A stretch of 39,102 bases of DNA from Welwitschia mirabilis (taxonomy: Eukaryota), in assembly GCA_051453625.1 (NCBI GenBank), contig JBOZIK010000001.1:8134384-8173485 (forward strand). Direction: 5' to 3'. The position numbers and the translations under genes were made by a program. Positions 1-13,424 of this stretch are shown one piece after another (positions within the stretch are counted from its first letter, which is position 1; each line of letters opens with the position of its first letter). Below the pieces are notes generated by a model that had not been told where the DNA came from, ran no database searches, and worked only from the letters and a program-made list of their open reading frames with translations.

Positions 1-883
1 TTTTGTTGTTTTCAGAAGTAAGGATAAGTTATTATATATTGGTGATGTGTTGTAAAGGATCTTCATTAGGTTCTTTACTAAAGGTAGAATAAGCATTTAG
101 GTTATATATTCTACATCATCACCATGAGGTAAAAAGAAGTTTGGATTTTACATTTCTTATTTTCCATGAGTTCTCTAAGAGTAAAATTAGCATTGGTATG
201 AGAAGGAGTAGTAGTAGGGATTCTAATGATAAGGGTTAAATTTGGTGAGATAGGTTGCTTTTTCTTTTAGTATGAGAAAGACATAGTAGCAAAATCAAAC
301 TCTGCAGAAATAAAAGTGGAAATTGCAGAAATATCAAAATCTTATGTACCTTCACTATGTTTTACTTGTTTCAATTTCTAAGTTAAACTTTTTTAATATT
401 TCAACAATCAATCACCGCTCTCTCTAGTATTTTTCTTTCTTACTAGATTTAACCATTCATGCTCAATCTTAGATGTGTAAAGTACCATTTCTACTGTTGT
501 CTGGACAATATCCTAGATGATAGAAACACAGAAATCACAAAAAAGCAAAAAATAAAAAACAAAAATAAAAGACTGACTCTGATAGAAAACTTAAAAAATA
601 GACTGTCGTCCACCTGAGTCATCTGGATGACCAAGGGGATAATAGAATAAAAGGCCATCATTGTCACACATCATCTAGATGATAAAGCAAACAACTGACT
701 TTTATTGCTGAGTAGAAAATAAACTTTGATTTTGAAAAATAGAAACCGACTCTGCAAAAAGGAAAAACCTATGCTACTATAGATACTGATACACTGCTGC
801 TATAGCAAGCATCTAAATCAAAATACTCATCGAATTAATCACAACTCTCAAACTCTAAGCAACCTTCCCTAGTAACAATACCA
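1..883 (-). mobile_element. Athila-like Ty3/Gypsy 5' internal region (PBS, 5'UTR, start of degenerate gag)
   Basis: Minus strand 883-866 reads TGGTATTGTTACTAGGGA. This equals the Athila-type PBS TGGCGCCGTTGCCGGGGA with only C>T/G>A changes and follows ...AACA. Minus strand ~100-35 translates NAYSTFSKEPNEDPLQHITNI, resembling the gag F-x-G-x-P-N-E-D-P-x-x-H motif. Confidence 0.65.
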
Positions 884-886
884 AGA

Positions 887-2035
887 TGTTGTAGTGCATA
901 TTTATGTAATGTTTACATTCTGAGTAGAATCCTGTTAATCAATAATAATAAGGCATAAACATAACAAACTAATATAGACAGGAGTTGACCTTAATGTTGT
1001 AATCTGCAGAAGGATAAAGTAGAAAATAAGAAAGTGGATTTCAAAATAGAAATACTTATATCATAATCTACAGAAATAACCTGTAATGCATGAAAGTAAA
1101 GTAAAACACACTCGTGCAAAGGTAATCTATGAAAAGGAAATAATAATGCACTTAATCTAAACTAACTAAGCACAACCTTAACAAAAATGTTATCCTCATA
1201 ACCTATATCATAAGAGAAACTATTACCAAATCTTAAGCAACATAAGCTATGAGGGAGAAAAAGATTTACACATTGAAAGCAAAAAAGGAAATGTTTTATA
1301 TTAAGAATTAAACTACATCCATGTTATAAAGTAGCCGTACCTCAATGCAGGAAATGCCATTAAACACTAAGGAAATATCTCTCTAGAACTATAGGGTCAA
1401 TATCTAGTCTTTGATTTCCTATCATAAGAATTTTAGTGTAAATAAAAACAAGTAGAAGTCAAGGGCGAGATTTCTATTTATTAACTCANNNNNNNNNNNN
1501 NNNNNNNNNNNNNNNNNNNNNNNNNNNNNNNNNNNNNNNNNNNNNNNNNNNNNNNNNNNNNNNNNNNNNGTTTGATAAATGTTTAGTACAGACATTACAA
1601 TAGTGTTGTCCAGCTAGTCATCCAAATGATAGAGGAGAGGATGCCATCTCATAATCAATCCACATTAGCTTCTAGTTATACTTCAGTCAGCATCCAATTA
1701 ACTTAGTTATCTGTATAGTCATATGGATGATGAGGTGGACAATGGCCTTCAATAATTCTTCAGTCATTGCATTAGCCACGATGTTTGCAGAAAGTTATCT
1801 TTAGAAATAAAAAATATTCATATTGGTTTAGAATACTTGTGAATTATTATGGAGATTGCATATTTCCATCCTTTTCATCCTAGCTCTCCATTGCTATAGA
1901 AATCAAGCATTTACTTATCTATTTACCTATAAAACAACTCAAAATATCCTATCAAATATGCGTAAGTTGGTAGTGAAATAATTATTTTATGATAAATTGA
2001 TGAATTAAATATCTCTCCCTATGCATAAGTGATCA
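887..2035 (-). repeat. Probable 5' LTR of the Athila-like element
   Basis: Ends in CA next to the PBS (plus TGTT at 887). Candidate TG start at 2035 (TGATCAC on minus). Contains the decayed GTC-TC--GA-GA motifs also seen in the UTR. The outer boundary is uncertain and the LTR contains an N gap. Confidence 0.45.
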
Positions 2036-2611
2036 ATTATACTTGTTAGTAGTGTTAATTTTTGCATGTAAACAATAATCTTGGATACATAATGGGGAGA
2101 ATTAGTCTTTGATACAAAAACAAAAAACCTCTTTATCCAATGTTCTAAATGTAAAGTAAACGAGCACACAAGTGATAGATGTAAAAGAGAAAAGATTAAT
2201 AAAAGAAAGAAAAATGTTAATAGAAAGTAAAAATGGAAGGAGGTAAATAAAAAGAACACAAGGAAAAAACCCAGTTTTTATTCCAAAAAATGATCCATTA
2301 TTTCAAGCTAATAAGTTTGACATTCTATTAAGAAAGGAGCTAAAGTAGACCCTAAAGATAGCTGATAAGACTCATAATGAGGAAGAGCTAAAAAAAGAAG
2401 TGGACTAGATCCCTGTGAATTTGCTTATGCATGAGGGAACAAGAAATATAAATGCTAATTATAATGAAGATATGCCATAAGTGAGCAAGATGGATACCAT
2501 AGTAAAAAATACTATATTTCAAAGGATTCAACTCAATATGTGTAAGAGGAAGATATAGAAAGAAATAAGGGATGAGACTCAAAATGATAAGCAATTCTAA
2601 CTCTCTTTCTA

Positions 2612-5600
2612 ATGATAGTTTCCTAAAACTATAGAGGCTTAGAAAATGACTAGAAAATTTTCGATCTTTGGAATCTTTTAAAAGAATGTTTAGTTTTTAT
2701 TTATTTACTATTAAAAAATTTGAATGCAACCAAATCAGGAGGGCTTTTATCTAAATACAATTGATCCTTTATTCTAGTACCTAGTATTGCTAGTAGGCAA
2801 GATCTTATGATACTCTTGAGATATGATAAAATCAGCATTATCAATTAGATTAATCATCATATCATGATAATAACCATCATTATAGAGTTATAAATTTTGA
2901 TGAGCCTTAAGATAAAAACACATGATGAAATATCTACTCCATATAGGGTCATATCCTCTAGATATCATAATGGATGACTTCAATTAGATTCTTAGCCTTC
3001 ATGGGAAATATAATAACTTTCTAAACTTAGGTACTTTAGATCCTTTTTTTAGAATTTTTCATTAAGCATGTATAAAAGAATCTTCCTCTACCTGATGCCT
3101 CTTATATATAAAGTAACCTCAGAGATGAACCTCATTTAGTGATGTCTAGAATAGATAAATGTATAGTTAAATACCATTACTTTCATTTCTTATTCCAAGT
3201 AAAGGTCCAATTATTCTTAGATCATAGGATCATAATTCTGTTTTTGGAAAATTTTTAAAGAAACAAGTTTCTTTTGGCTCTATTACTCTTGGACGAGGGA
3301 TTTAAAATTCACATAAATTCTATCTTTTATCTAAAGNNNNNNNNNNCTTTCAAAAGTTCAATATTCTCAGGAAATAACTTATGAAGTAAAAAAATAGTTT
3401 GAATCACTTCTTTAAACATATAAAATCTTAACATTTTAAAGACCTCCATTAAATATAGGCTCAAAATGAATAGCGTCATAGCTTCATAGATTTTAAAATA
3501 TACTCAATGGATTATATTCATGATATCTCAAGGAAAGGCAATGTATTGGAAGTAGTACTTAAGGATCTAGTGGTTATAGGAAAGGAATTATATTATTAGA
3601 ATTCTCTNNNNNNNNNNNNNNNNNNNNNNNNNNNNNNNNNNNNNNNNNNNNNNNNNNNNNNNNNNNNNNNNNNNNNNNNNNNNNNNNNNNNNNNNNNNNN
3701 NNNNNNNAGATCTAAAATTCACAGAAATTCTATCTCTTATTTGAAACACTTCAGTAGAAGGTACTTACACATTCTACCTCTTTTAAAAGTTCAAGATTCT
3801 TAGGAAATAACTTATGGAGTTAAAAAATAGTTTGAATCACTTCTTTAGACATATAAAATCTTAACATTTTAAAGACCTCCATCAAATATAGGCTTAAAAT
3901 AAATAGCGTCATAGCTTCATAGATTTTGAAAAATACCCAGTGGATTATATTCATGATATCTCAAGGAAAGGAGATGTATTGAAAGTAGTACTTAAGGATC
4001 TAATGGCTATAGGAAAGGGATCATAATATTATAATTCTCTTTTAGATAGAAAACAAGCAGACATAGTAGAACAACATTTCCTAGAGCATGCCTAAAATGT
4101 ACTCGAAAATCAATAACCAAAATGCATAGGAGTTCATTGGATACTTTTAAAACATCTTCATAAAAAAGGAAGTAAATATTTAAGCTATCCTAGTTGTTCT
4201 TGCTATCACTAATGAAAAGTATAACTAACTTAATCATAGGATTTCATAGTATAAAAGTTGGGAAGCTATCCATTCACATGGCTTTTTGGTAGATCTTTAT
4301 TAAAATTATTGGAGCATTGTTAAGAAAGATGTCTGTGTTGTTATGAAATAATTTTTTAATAAAGGTATATTTTATCATTACTTTAATGACATTATTATCA
4401 TATCCATTCCTAAAGTAGAAGATGTAAATAGTTCCCACTAATATCAATATATTATTTTATACAATGTATTTTACAAAGTCCACACTAAATTTATAGTGCG
4501 ATGGCTAAAACCATTATTTGTAAACTTGATCCCCCTCGATCAATTCAGATTTGTGTCAAGATGTAATATTCATGATAACATTATCTTAGCTGATAACATT
4601 TTCCATGTTTATCATGAGAAAGAAAACTAAAGATGTTTTTAAAATTAGACTTAGCTAAGGCATTTGACATAGTTTAACATAGTACAGTAAGACAAGTTCT
4701 GAAAAACACAACTTCCTTGTGTCCTTAAGAAAGTCGATCTAATTCTATATTTTAATGTCAAACTTATTTATGATGGTTAATAGGAAGAGATATGGTATTT
4801 TTAGAGTTTTAAAGGATTATATTATGGTGACCTTCTCTCTATAAATTTATTTGTATTAGACATGGATACTTTGACAAGACTAGTTTTGAAGCACAAAACT
4901 ACAATCATAAAACTACTCCTATATTATTTAATTCTTTAGTTTGTAAATAATACCATCTCATCTCTAGATTTAAGTGTTGTTGGGGCTCATAAATCTAGGT
5001 AAGTGTTAGATAACCTTTACACTTCTTTAGGTTTAAACGTTAATTGGGAGAAACTAAAGCTATGTTTACTTAATACTTTGGAGTAAATAAGGGAATACAT
5101 TCTCAAAATTCTACATTATTTTTTAGCTACCTTTCTAGATTTCTAGTTGGGGATTTCTCTTGATATTGAATAATAACTTGTCAACATCTAGAATCCAATT
5201 ATTAGAAGAATAGTAAAAACATTATCAAGGTTCTATAACTTATTTCTTTCAAGTGCAGCAAAGCTTCTTCTTATAAAATCTTATTTGATAAGCATGATAA
5301 TCTATGTAGATACTTATTTTTTGATCTCTAATAAACTTAAAAACATAATTGATAACATTAGAGATTATCTATGATTTGAAGGAAGTCTCATAAAAGGATA
5401 CACCTCATAAAGTATGCAAAAATAACATTATAAAAAATAGGAGAATTGGAAGTAATAAACATTACATATAGCAGTCAATATCTGCTCCCCGAGTACTTTT
5501 GCAAAATGTGCACAGTGGAGAATATTACTTTAATCAACATTCCTAGGCAATGTTACTAAGATAAAGTAAATCACTTTTTAAAACTAAAAATATATAAAAA

Positions 5601-7190
5601 TATCCACTACCATTATGTGACCTCAGCTTTTAGAAAATAATAGTTAAGATATGGAGCTACCTATCTATAATATAAAAATCAGCATATCTAAGATGTATCA
5701 TAATATCTTCAAGTAGAACAATAAGTGGTCAACCCTTTAGAATCTCCAAAAATTCTAAAAAGAATAATTTTTTTTTGATGGTTTNNNNNNNNNNNNNNNN
5801 NNNNNNNNNNNNNNNNNNNNNNNNNNNNNNNNNNNNNNNNNNNNNNNNNNNNNNNNNNNNNNNNNNNNNNNNNNNNNNNNNNNNTATTCCTTTAATTAAC
5901 ATTAATAGATAATATTACTAAGATAAAGTAAATCATTTTTTAAACTAAAGATATATAAAAAGATCCACGACCATTATGTGACCTCAGCTTCTAGAAAATA
6001 ATAGTTTAGATATGGGGCTACCTATCTATAATAGAAAAATTAGCATACCTAAGATGTATCACAATATCATCAAGTACAACAATAAGTGATCAACCCTTTA
6101 GAATCTCCAAAATTTCTAAAAAGAATAATTTTTTTTGATGGCTTATGATAAAAGGTTATATCCTCACTACTAATAATCTCATTAAGAGAAATTTTAGAAT
6201 AACTTAAGATTATCGTCTTTGTCATAAAGATAATAAAACTTAGATATAAATTTTCATCCATTATTCCTATACCTAATGACGTTTATTCTTGCTTTAGATT
6301 AGTACCCCTCTAACACTGGGCTTGATAGTTTTATAATTATAAGGATGAAAGTGTAATTATCATTGGAGCCTCAATTTTTTGAAATCATAGATGCAACACT
6401 ATACTTAAAAATGAGGTTTCTTTTATGTCAAAACTCCATTTTAAAATTATAAAGCACATTGTAGAATTCATTTAAGTTAAGGCCTATAAAAATAACACAC
6501 CTCCCTCAAATGAGAATAACCCTTGATAACAATTTAATTATGTAGCAAAGAGCATCCACACCATGTAATTGTAAAGCATTTGCATTGTGAATGTAGCTAA
6601 AAGNNNNNNNNNNNNNNNNNNNNNNNNNNNNNNNNNNNNNNNNNNNNNNNNNNNNNNNNNNNNNNNNNNNNNNNNNNNNNNNNNNNNNNNNNNNNNNNNN
6701 NNNGAGCATCCACACCATGTAATTGTAAAGCGTCTGCAGTATGAACGTAGCTAAAAGACATGGAAAAGATATTCTACATAAAGCTAGTAAAGCACAATGC
6801 CCTTCTTAATTATGAGAAAATGTAAAAAAAAATTTTAATTAGTGGGATGGACTTCTTATGTTTGTAACATAAAAGGGAATGATCTAGATCTGTTAAAGTA
6901 ATTTTCTATAAACTAGAATCATATATTTTTCTACATAGTCATACTACTATATACATTGATATTACCTCTGTCAGTAATGCTATTCAGATAGTGTCTCAAG
7001 GAATAAATCTTAAAGAGGAGCCCCGAAAGATTTTATTATTCTATAATTTGAGAATATTATAGGCAAATCTCTCAAGAAAAGAAATGATGACTATAAGAGG
7101 AAGAATCTCTTTCATTTATTTGATGCATGAGAAACTTTAATCATATGAAATATTTCACATTAAAGGACCACCCCTAATAGAAAAAAAGCT
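2612..7190 (+). mobile_element. Degenerate L1-clade LINE ORF2 (APE endonuclease, reverse transcriptase, probable RNase H)
   Basis: MIVS*NYRGL at 2612 (SWNCRGL), IIMDDFN ~2964 (GDFN), SRIDKC ~3145, YKVHTKFIVRWLKPLFVNLIPLDQFRFVSRCNIHDNIILA ~4472-4591, KLDLAKAFDIV ~4641, GLYYGDLLSINLF ~4814 (GLRQGDPLSPYLF). The RNase H-like tail at 6710-7170 is weaker. Many stops and frameshifts. Confidence 0.9.
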
Positions 7191-8115
7191 ACTAGGGCAT
7201 TTATTTTAATAAAAACCCTTAATAAAAATGGTTATTAGGATGTTTTCATATGTAAAAATTCTAATTGAATTTTCATCTTTATTTTTAGGATGTGCATCCT
7301 TAGAAATACCTTAAATTATGTACCATAGAGTAAGCAAGTAGAGAATTTTTTAATAAATTCACTAAAATGGATTTAAATAGGGAATCTTTGGAGAAATGTT
7401 CTAAAATAGTGTTAATTAAATTTCATTTCTTAAAATCCATTGTAGTAGAAACTAAAATCATTAATTTAACTGTAAGTACAATAAAATAAATTTGTTTCTT
7501 TAAAGAAAGATGATACAAAAAGAAATGCAAATGCTTAAAAATGTAAAATAATTAAGATAAGTCATAATATCTAAAGAATTTTATGATACAAGCTTTAGCT
7601 TTACTCACCATGTACTACATAGATTTATCTTTGTTTAAGAATTTCATAGAATTATTTAGTTTTCCTTTATTATTTCAAATGATAAGTTTTCCAGACACTA
7701 GCAGCCATGATGCAAAGGGCAATAGTGATAAAGATATATTTTATGATATTTTTAGTAATGTACTAAAGCACTTCTATAGGGAGTTTATGCACCATTATCA
7801 TAAGAACTTATTATATCTTTAGAGAAGAGTGCTACTGATGTTGATAAGGAAGGTTTTAGGGTAAATGAGACTCCAAATTTCATTTCTAAAATAGTTCTAA
7901 TTAAAGTATAAAATGTTGAAGGAGGTCTTATATGTGGTTATCAGGTTAGTCTTTCAGGATAATGCCCAAAGAAAATGAATATAGTGATTCTCAAGATTGA
8001 AGCCCTAATGAGTAGTCGCTAAGATCTAGAATTACTTGCAGGTTCATGTCAATGTGGCCTCTAATTTTAGTGGATTTCTTAAAAACATTCTTCTTAATAG
8101 AGAATGACACTTGAT

Positions 8116-8367
8116 GCCAAAGTTTAGCTTAGATTTCTTATCTCAAATATTTTTCATGGCCTTATTGTAGGCCATTACAACTTCTTTGATGATATTGTAA
8201 GTTTTGAACCACAGTCTTTTACCTCTCCCCAGAGTTCCTAATTTTAGTAGTCTACTTTTCCCATGGCCTTTGCCTTATGTATCTTTACATATTCTTTCTC
8301 TTTCTTAGAGTGGACTTTAACGATTGCACATCCAAGTTTCTGACTACTAGAATTTTAGTGTTATGTT
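8116..8367 (-). pseudogene. AP2/ERF domain pseudogene fragment, copy 1 (ERF-VII-like)
   Basis: Minus translation RKRKNM..YIRQRPWEK*TTKIRNS, a 1-nt frameshift, then GKRLWFKTYNIIKEVVMAYNKAMKNI*DKKSKLNFG. Confidence 0.85.
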
Positions 8368-9203
8368 NNNNNNNNNNNNNNNNNNNNNNNNNNNNNNNNN
8401 NNNNNNNNNNNNNNNNNNNNNNNNNNNNNNNNNNNNNNNNNNNNNNNNNNNNNNNNNNNNNNNNNNNGGAATCTTTGGAGAAATGTTCTAAAATAGTGTT
8501 AATTAAATTTCATTTCTTAAAATCCATTGTAGTAGAAACTAAAACCATTAATTTCACTATAAATAAAATAAAGGAAATTTGTTTCTTTAAAAAAAGAGGA
8601 TACAAAAAGAATTGCAAATGCTTAAAAATGTAAAATGATTAAGATAAGTCATAATATCTATAGAATTTTATGATACAAGATTTAATTCTTTACTCACCAT
8701 GTACTACATAGATTTACCCTTGTTTAAGAACTTCATAGAATTATTTAGTTTTTCTTTGTTATTTCAAATGATAAGTTTTCCAGACACTGGTAGCCATGAT
8801 GCCAAGGGAAATCATGATAATGATATATTTGATGATATTTTTAGTAACCTACTAAAGCACTTCTAGAGGGAGTTTATGCACCATTATCATACGAACTTAT
8901 TATATCTTTAGGAAAGAGTGCTACTGGTGCTAATAAGAAAGGATTTAGGGTAAATGAACTCCAAATTTCATTTCTAAAATAGTTCTAATTAAATATTAAA
9001 ATGGTAAAGGAGGTCTTATATGTGGTTATCAGGTTAGTCTTTCAGGATAATGCCCAAAGAAAATGAATATAGTGATTATCAAGATTGAAGCCCTAATGAG
9101 TAGTCGCTAAGATCTAGAATTACTTGCAGGTTCATGTTCATGTGGCCTCTAATTTTAGTGGATTTCTTAAAAACATTCTTCTTAATAGATAATGACACTT
9201 GAT

Positions 9204-9460
9204 GAGGAAGTTCAACTTAGATTTCTTATCTCAAATATTTTTCATGGCCTTATTGTAGGTCATTGCAGCTTCTTTGATGATATTGTAAGTTTTGAACCAC
9301 ACTCTTTTACCTCTCCCAAAGTTCCTAATTTTAGTAGTCTACTTTCCCCATGCCCTTTGCCTTATGTATCTATACATATTCTTTCTCTTTCTTAGAGTGA
9401 ACTTTAACGATTGCACATCCAAGTTCCTGACTACTAGAATTTTAGTGTTATGTTTAGAGA
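9204..9460 (-). pseudogene. AP2/ERF domain pseudogene fragment, copy 2 (ERF-VII-like)
   Basis: 9392-9204 translates RKRKNMYRYIRQRAWGK*TTKIRNFGRGKRVWFKTYNIIKEAAMTYNKAMKNI*DKKSKLNFL. This is colinear without gaps to the ERF-VII consensus [63 protein letters not shown]. Two in-frame stops. Confidence 0.9.
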
Positions 9461-10473
9461 AAAGCTTAAATCTTTTTGATAATTAAAAAAAGCAAATAAT
9501 ATCTTTACTTAAGATATTATATTTCTTATTGTTTTATGCTACATATAAATTTTCCTTGCAGGGATATGTGTTTGTATGCATTACTTATTCTTTAAGAGCC
9601 ATTGTGTCTTTTCTTCTATTAAATAGATTCATTAGATAATAGAGAGAGAACTACATGTTGACCTTGATTAGTAAATAATTTTATGTGTATATACACTCTT
9701 TAGTTTTATTGCATGGTTTTAATTACTTAATATCTTTATTTATGTTGATCTCTTTCCTTATTTACATCTATTGAAGCTTTATACTTAAGCCCTTAAAATA
9801 ATTATCATTTATCTAATATAATTTCTTCTATAAATAAGTACTTAGAGCAATTATATATATATTAGAGTTTTTAAAGAGTGTAAATAATTAAAGATGATAA
9901 GGATTAATCCTATTATTAAATTTAAAACTTATAACATTTTGATGTACTTTTATCCTTGAAATTGTAGGTAGTTGTTATTAAAGAGCTTGATAATTTTATC
10001 TTTTGTTCTAATATAGAACTATGAGTAAGATATAATATTGGATGTTACTACTATTTTTCTATTATCTCATAATATTATTTATTATTAATTGTGATGTGAA
10101 TAAAGAGCTATAGCAATTTTAGAAAGTTTCTTTTTCTTTGGCCTTATCTTCCATTTATTTCATGAATACCTCTGAAATAATGGTAAATGACTTATAAACA
10201 TTAATAAGTTAAATAAAATACAAACCTTATAAAAGGTCTTATAGGAACTAACCAATGTTAAAATAGAACTGATTATTTGTCATATCTTTTGGATGATATG
10301 GTGGTTACCATTTATAGTGATAACTTTATAAGTTTTATATCAAAGAGAAACTAGTTCCTTATTCTATAGGTACATGATCGATATTGTTTGTTGGGTGTTG
10401 CACATGCTCTTAAATAAACTTAAATGAAATTATCAGTACTATCAAAAATATACTTAAAATTACTTTTATTTAC

Positions 10474-10627
10474 CTATGATGAAAAGGAAGGTTAGACATC
10501 CATTATTAGTGGATTTGACATGGGATTTGCCCTTGACATCCATAGATCCATCATCAACTACCAAGTGATGGTTCTCTCTTTCATGGTCTTTTTTTAAGAA
10601 TTTCCTCCACTGCTCAATTAAGTTCAT
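10474..10627 (-). pseudogene. Isolated first-exon-like fragment of an NRT1/PTR (NPF) transporter
   Basis: Open 51 codons MNLIEQWRKFLKKDHERENHHLVVDDGSMDVKGKSHVKSTNNGCLTFLFII(G), then a phase-1 GTAAAT donor. Resembles the NPF N-terminal D-G/S-S-V-D-x-K-G...T-G-x-W...F-I-I motif and its usual first-intron position. The ExxER exon is not found downstream. Confidence 0.55.
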
Positions 10628-12924
10628 GATAAATAAATCTGTTATTAATTATCCATTAGACCTTTAAAATTTTCTACAAGTCCATATTAGATACTAATCC
10701 TTTATTTAAAGTATTAGACTCTTATAAACATGGAAAAGCTTTATTCCATAGAAAGGAAAAATATTGGGCAAAAGATATGAAATTAAAAAAACTATTAATG
10801 ATTAAGATTTGCAAGTTTTCATTCAATGTTTTTTACTATTTTTCAAACATTAAAGTTAATTAATAAGCATCTACTTATGTTCTTAGACTTCTTTGAATAG
10901 CAAGGAAAACCATCACTATAATACACTTTTTATATCAAAAACCTTTAGTTTTGAGTCCTAGAAATTTGATTCAAGATTTCTCTCTTTATACCTTTTTTTA
11001 ATTTTTATTTTTTATGTGTGNNNNNNNNNNNNNNNNNNNNNNNNNNNNNNNNNNNNNNNNNNNNNNNNNNNNNNNNNNNNNNNNNNNNNNNNNNNNNNNN
11101 NNNNNNNNNNNNNNNNNNNNATTAGACCTTTAAAATTTTCTACAAGTCTATATTGGATACTAATACTTTATTTAAAGTATTACACTCTTGGAAATAGGGA
11201 AAAGCTTTATCCCATAGAAAGGAAAAATATTGGGCAGGGGATATGAACTTAAAGAAACTTTGAATGATCAAGATTTGCAGGAATCCATTCAATGTTTATC
11301 ACTATTTTTCAAACATTAAAGTTAATTAATAAACATTTACTTATGTTCTTAGACTTCTCTAAATAGCAAGAAAAACCATCACTATAATACACTTTCTATG
11401 TCAAAAACCTTTAATTTTGATTCCTAAAAATTTGATTCAAGATTTTTCTCTTTATACCGTTTTTAATTTTTATTTTTTATGTGTGTGAAAAACAAAAAGA
11501 AAGAGAGAGTAAAATTAGTTCAAATCTAGATCTATGAGTCCATGGTTAATATCACTCTTAATATCAAACTTGATATTCACATTTTGGATGTAAGCGAGAC
11601 ACTAGAAATGAAATGCTGTAAGCATTCTTAAATAGAAAACTTCATAAAGATTTACCTTGTATTGTACTTATTTTTTAATTTCTTTTTGTTCAAAGTCCTT
11701 ATGAAAGGTACAAGCTATTGTTTTCTTAGAACTAAAAACTACTGACTCATGATATACTTTATTCATGTTTCATTTTTTAAAGAGTTACTTTATGTAATAC
11801 TATTATGTTTCTAGTTTCATAGACTATTTTTGATCTTCTTACTTTTTAGTGTATTATTATATTCACTATCTACCTAGCATACTTCTTTGTGATTCATTTC
11901 TATAATACAATGAATTTTATTTAAGCATCCTACAAGGATACGCATGATATTCCTCTCCTTATTACTTATCCAAATTCCAAAATACTCATGCTACTAATAT
12001 ACATCTTCTAAATATATTCTTGACATATCACTTCTAAATCAATCATGATGAGGCATTCATTACATCTAGGATGATGATAATCTAATTAATAATACATATT
12101 TGAGTTACTTATATTTTTAGATTTTAGTTAATAAAGAAGTTTAAAACACTCAAACTATTTAGAAATGTTAAAAATGCACTTTGAAAGGTTAAATACAACT
12201 ATGAATCTCTTCAAATTCCAAACTTCTAAATGGTATTTGCCTAATTTATTATGTAAAATGTAGAAATTTAAATTACAATTTAAAAAACATCATTCATAGA
12301 GATATAATAAGAGCTATCTGACATGATTTTTTCTTATTTGTTAAGAGAATTTGAGCATAATTTTGGATCCACATCTCATAATAAAACTATAGATATTTCT
12401 TTCAAATGAATAATTAAAGTTTAGTATTCTTTAGACCTATTTTGTTGTGTATCATTTGTAAAGTTTGTAAAATATTCTAGATTCTTTAATGAGTAGCCTT
12501 AAAATGAAAAATTAGCAATTGGAAGTACCAAATTACTTGGAGATTTCGAATGTTTCATACCATGCCTTGGAAATGAAAATCCAAAATATCACCAAATTTT
12601 TAAATTAGATAAAAGGAGTTCTAATTAGTAATAGGTTGAATAAAAGTTGGTAATAGTAATGCATATCATGTCATGAAGATAATAATTTGTAATAAGTTAA
12701 ATCTCTATAGAAAAAGTGTATAACAACATGTATAAAATTCATGAAAAACCTTCACAATGATAGAATCAAGTTAATTATAAGATTATAATAATGCATAAGT
12801 CATAAAATATGAATACAAAAATTTTTATTCATACATCTAACTTTTGTATCCATAAAGGTTATTTATTTGTACATCTAATATTTGAATTGATATAGGAATA
12901 TCTAAAATGATTATAGTCTTATGT

Positions 12925-13290
12925 GGTTTGTAATCTTTGTTTACTTAGAAATGAGAGTAATTTTTTTTTTCTTTTATGCTTAGAGATCAAGAAAAAGATC
13001 AAACATGAAATATCTTTTGTGTTGTATTTTCTATTTCCTATTTTTATTTTTGTACACTTGTTATTTATCATTTCTTTATATATAAAAAAGTGGGTCAAGT
13101 TTATAACAATTGGTATTTGAGTTTTTGTTTGAGAGTTTTGGTGAAGTAGAAGTTTTTTTCCTTTATAGATGAAGATAATAGCTTCAATAGAAAAATTTTA
13201 TAGATTAAAATATGAGTTAAAGAACTAAAGGTAAAGGATGTATTATATGAGAAAAAGTTAGAAACTAAAGTTGTCTATTTAAGGATTAAC
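12925..13290 (+). mobile_element. Ty1/Copia 5' fragment (LTR end, PBS, start of gag)
   Basis: ...ATAACA-AT-TGGTATTTGAGT at 13103-13122 (tRNA-Met PBS TGGTATCAGAGC, decayed). Followed by IEKFYRLKYEL / LKVKDVLYEKKL, matching the gag IEKFDGxNFxxWKxKxxDxLxxK motif. Confidence 0.65.
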
Positions 13291-13424
13291 CATCTAGCTT
13301 AAATTAGGGATTTAATAAGTATTCCTTATTTCATTAATAACTTATCTATCATGAAAATGTAGAAGAAATAAATGTGAAAGAATCATTACATCCCTCATCA
13401 TTAGTTCATGAATCCACTGATGTA

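Noticed and set aside
2060-2100. Possible LTR end plus PBS (AAACA...TTGGATACATAATGGGGAG) on plus
   Set aside because: The match to known PBS motifs is too weak and no gag was recognised downstream.
7381-9453. Genuine tandem gene duplication of the ERF (and likewise PB1) relics
   Set aside because: The junctions sit exactly at 100-N placeholder gaps, as for many other pairs, so physical tandem arrangement is unsupported.
12170-12620. Possible MULE-like terminal remnant
   Set aside because: Only an impression of motif similarity. No inverted partner or TSD was seen.
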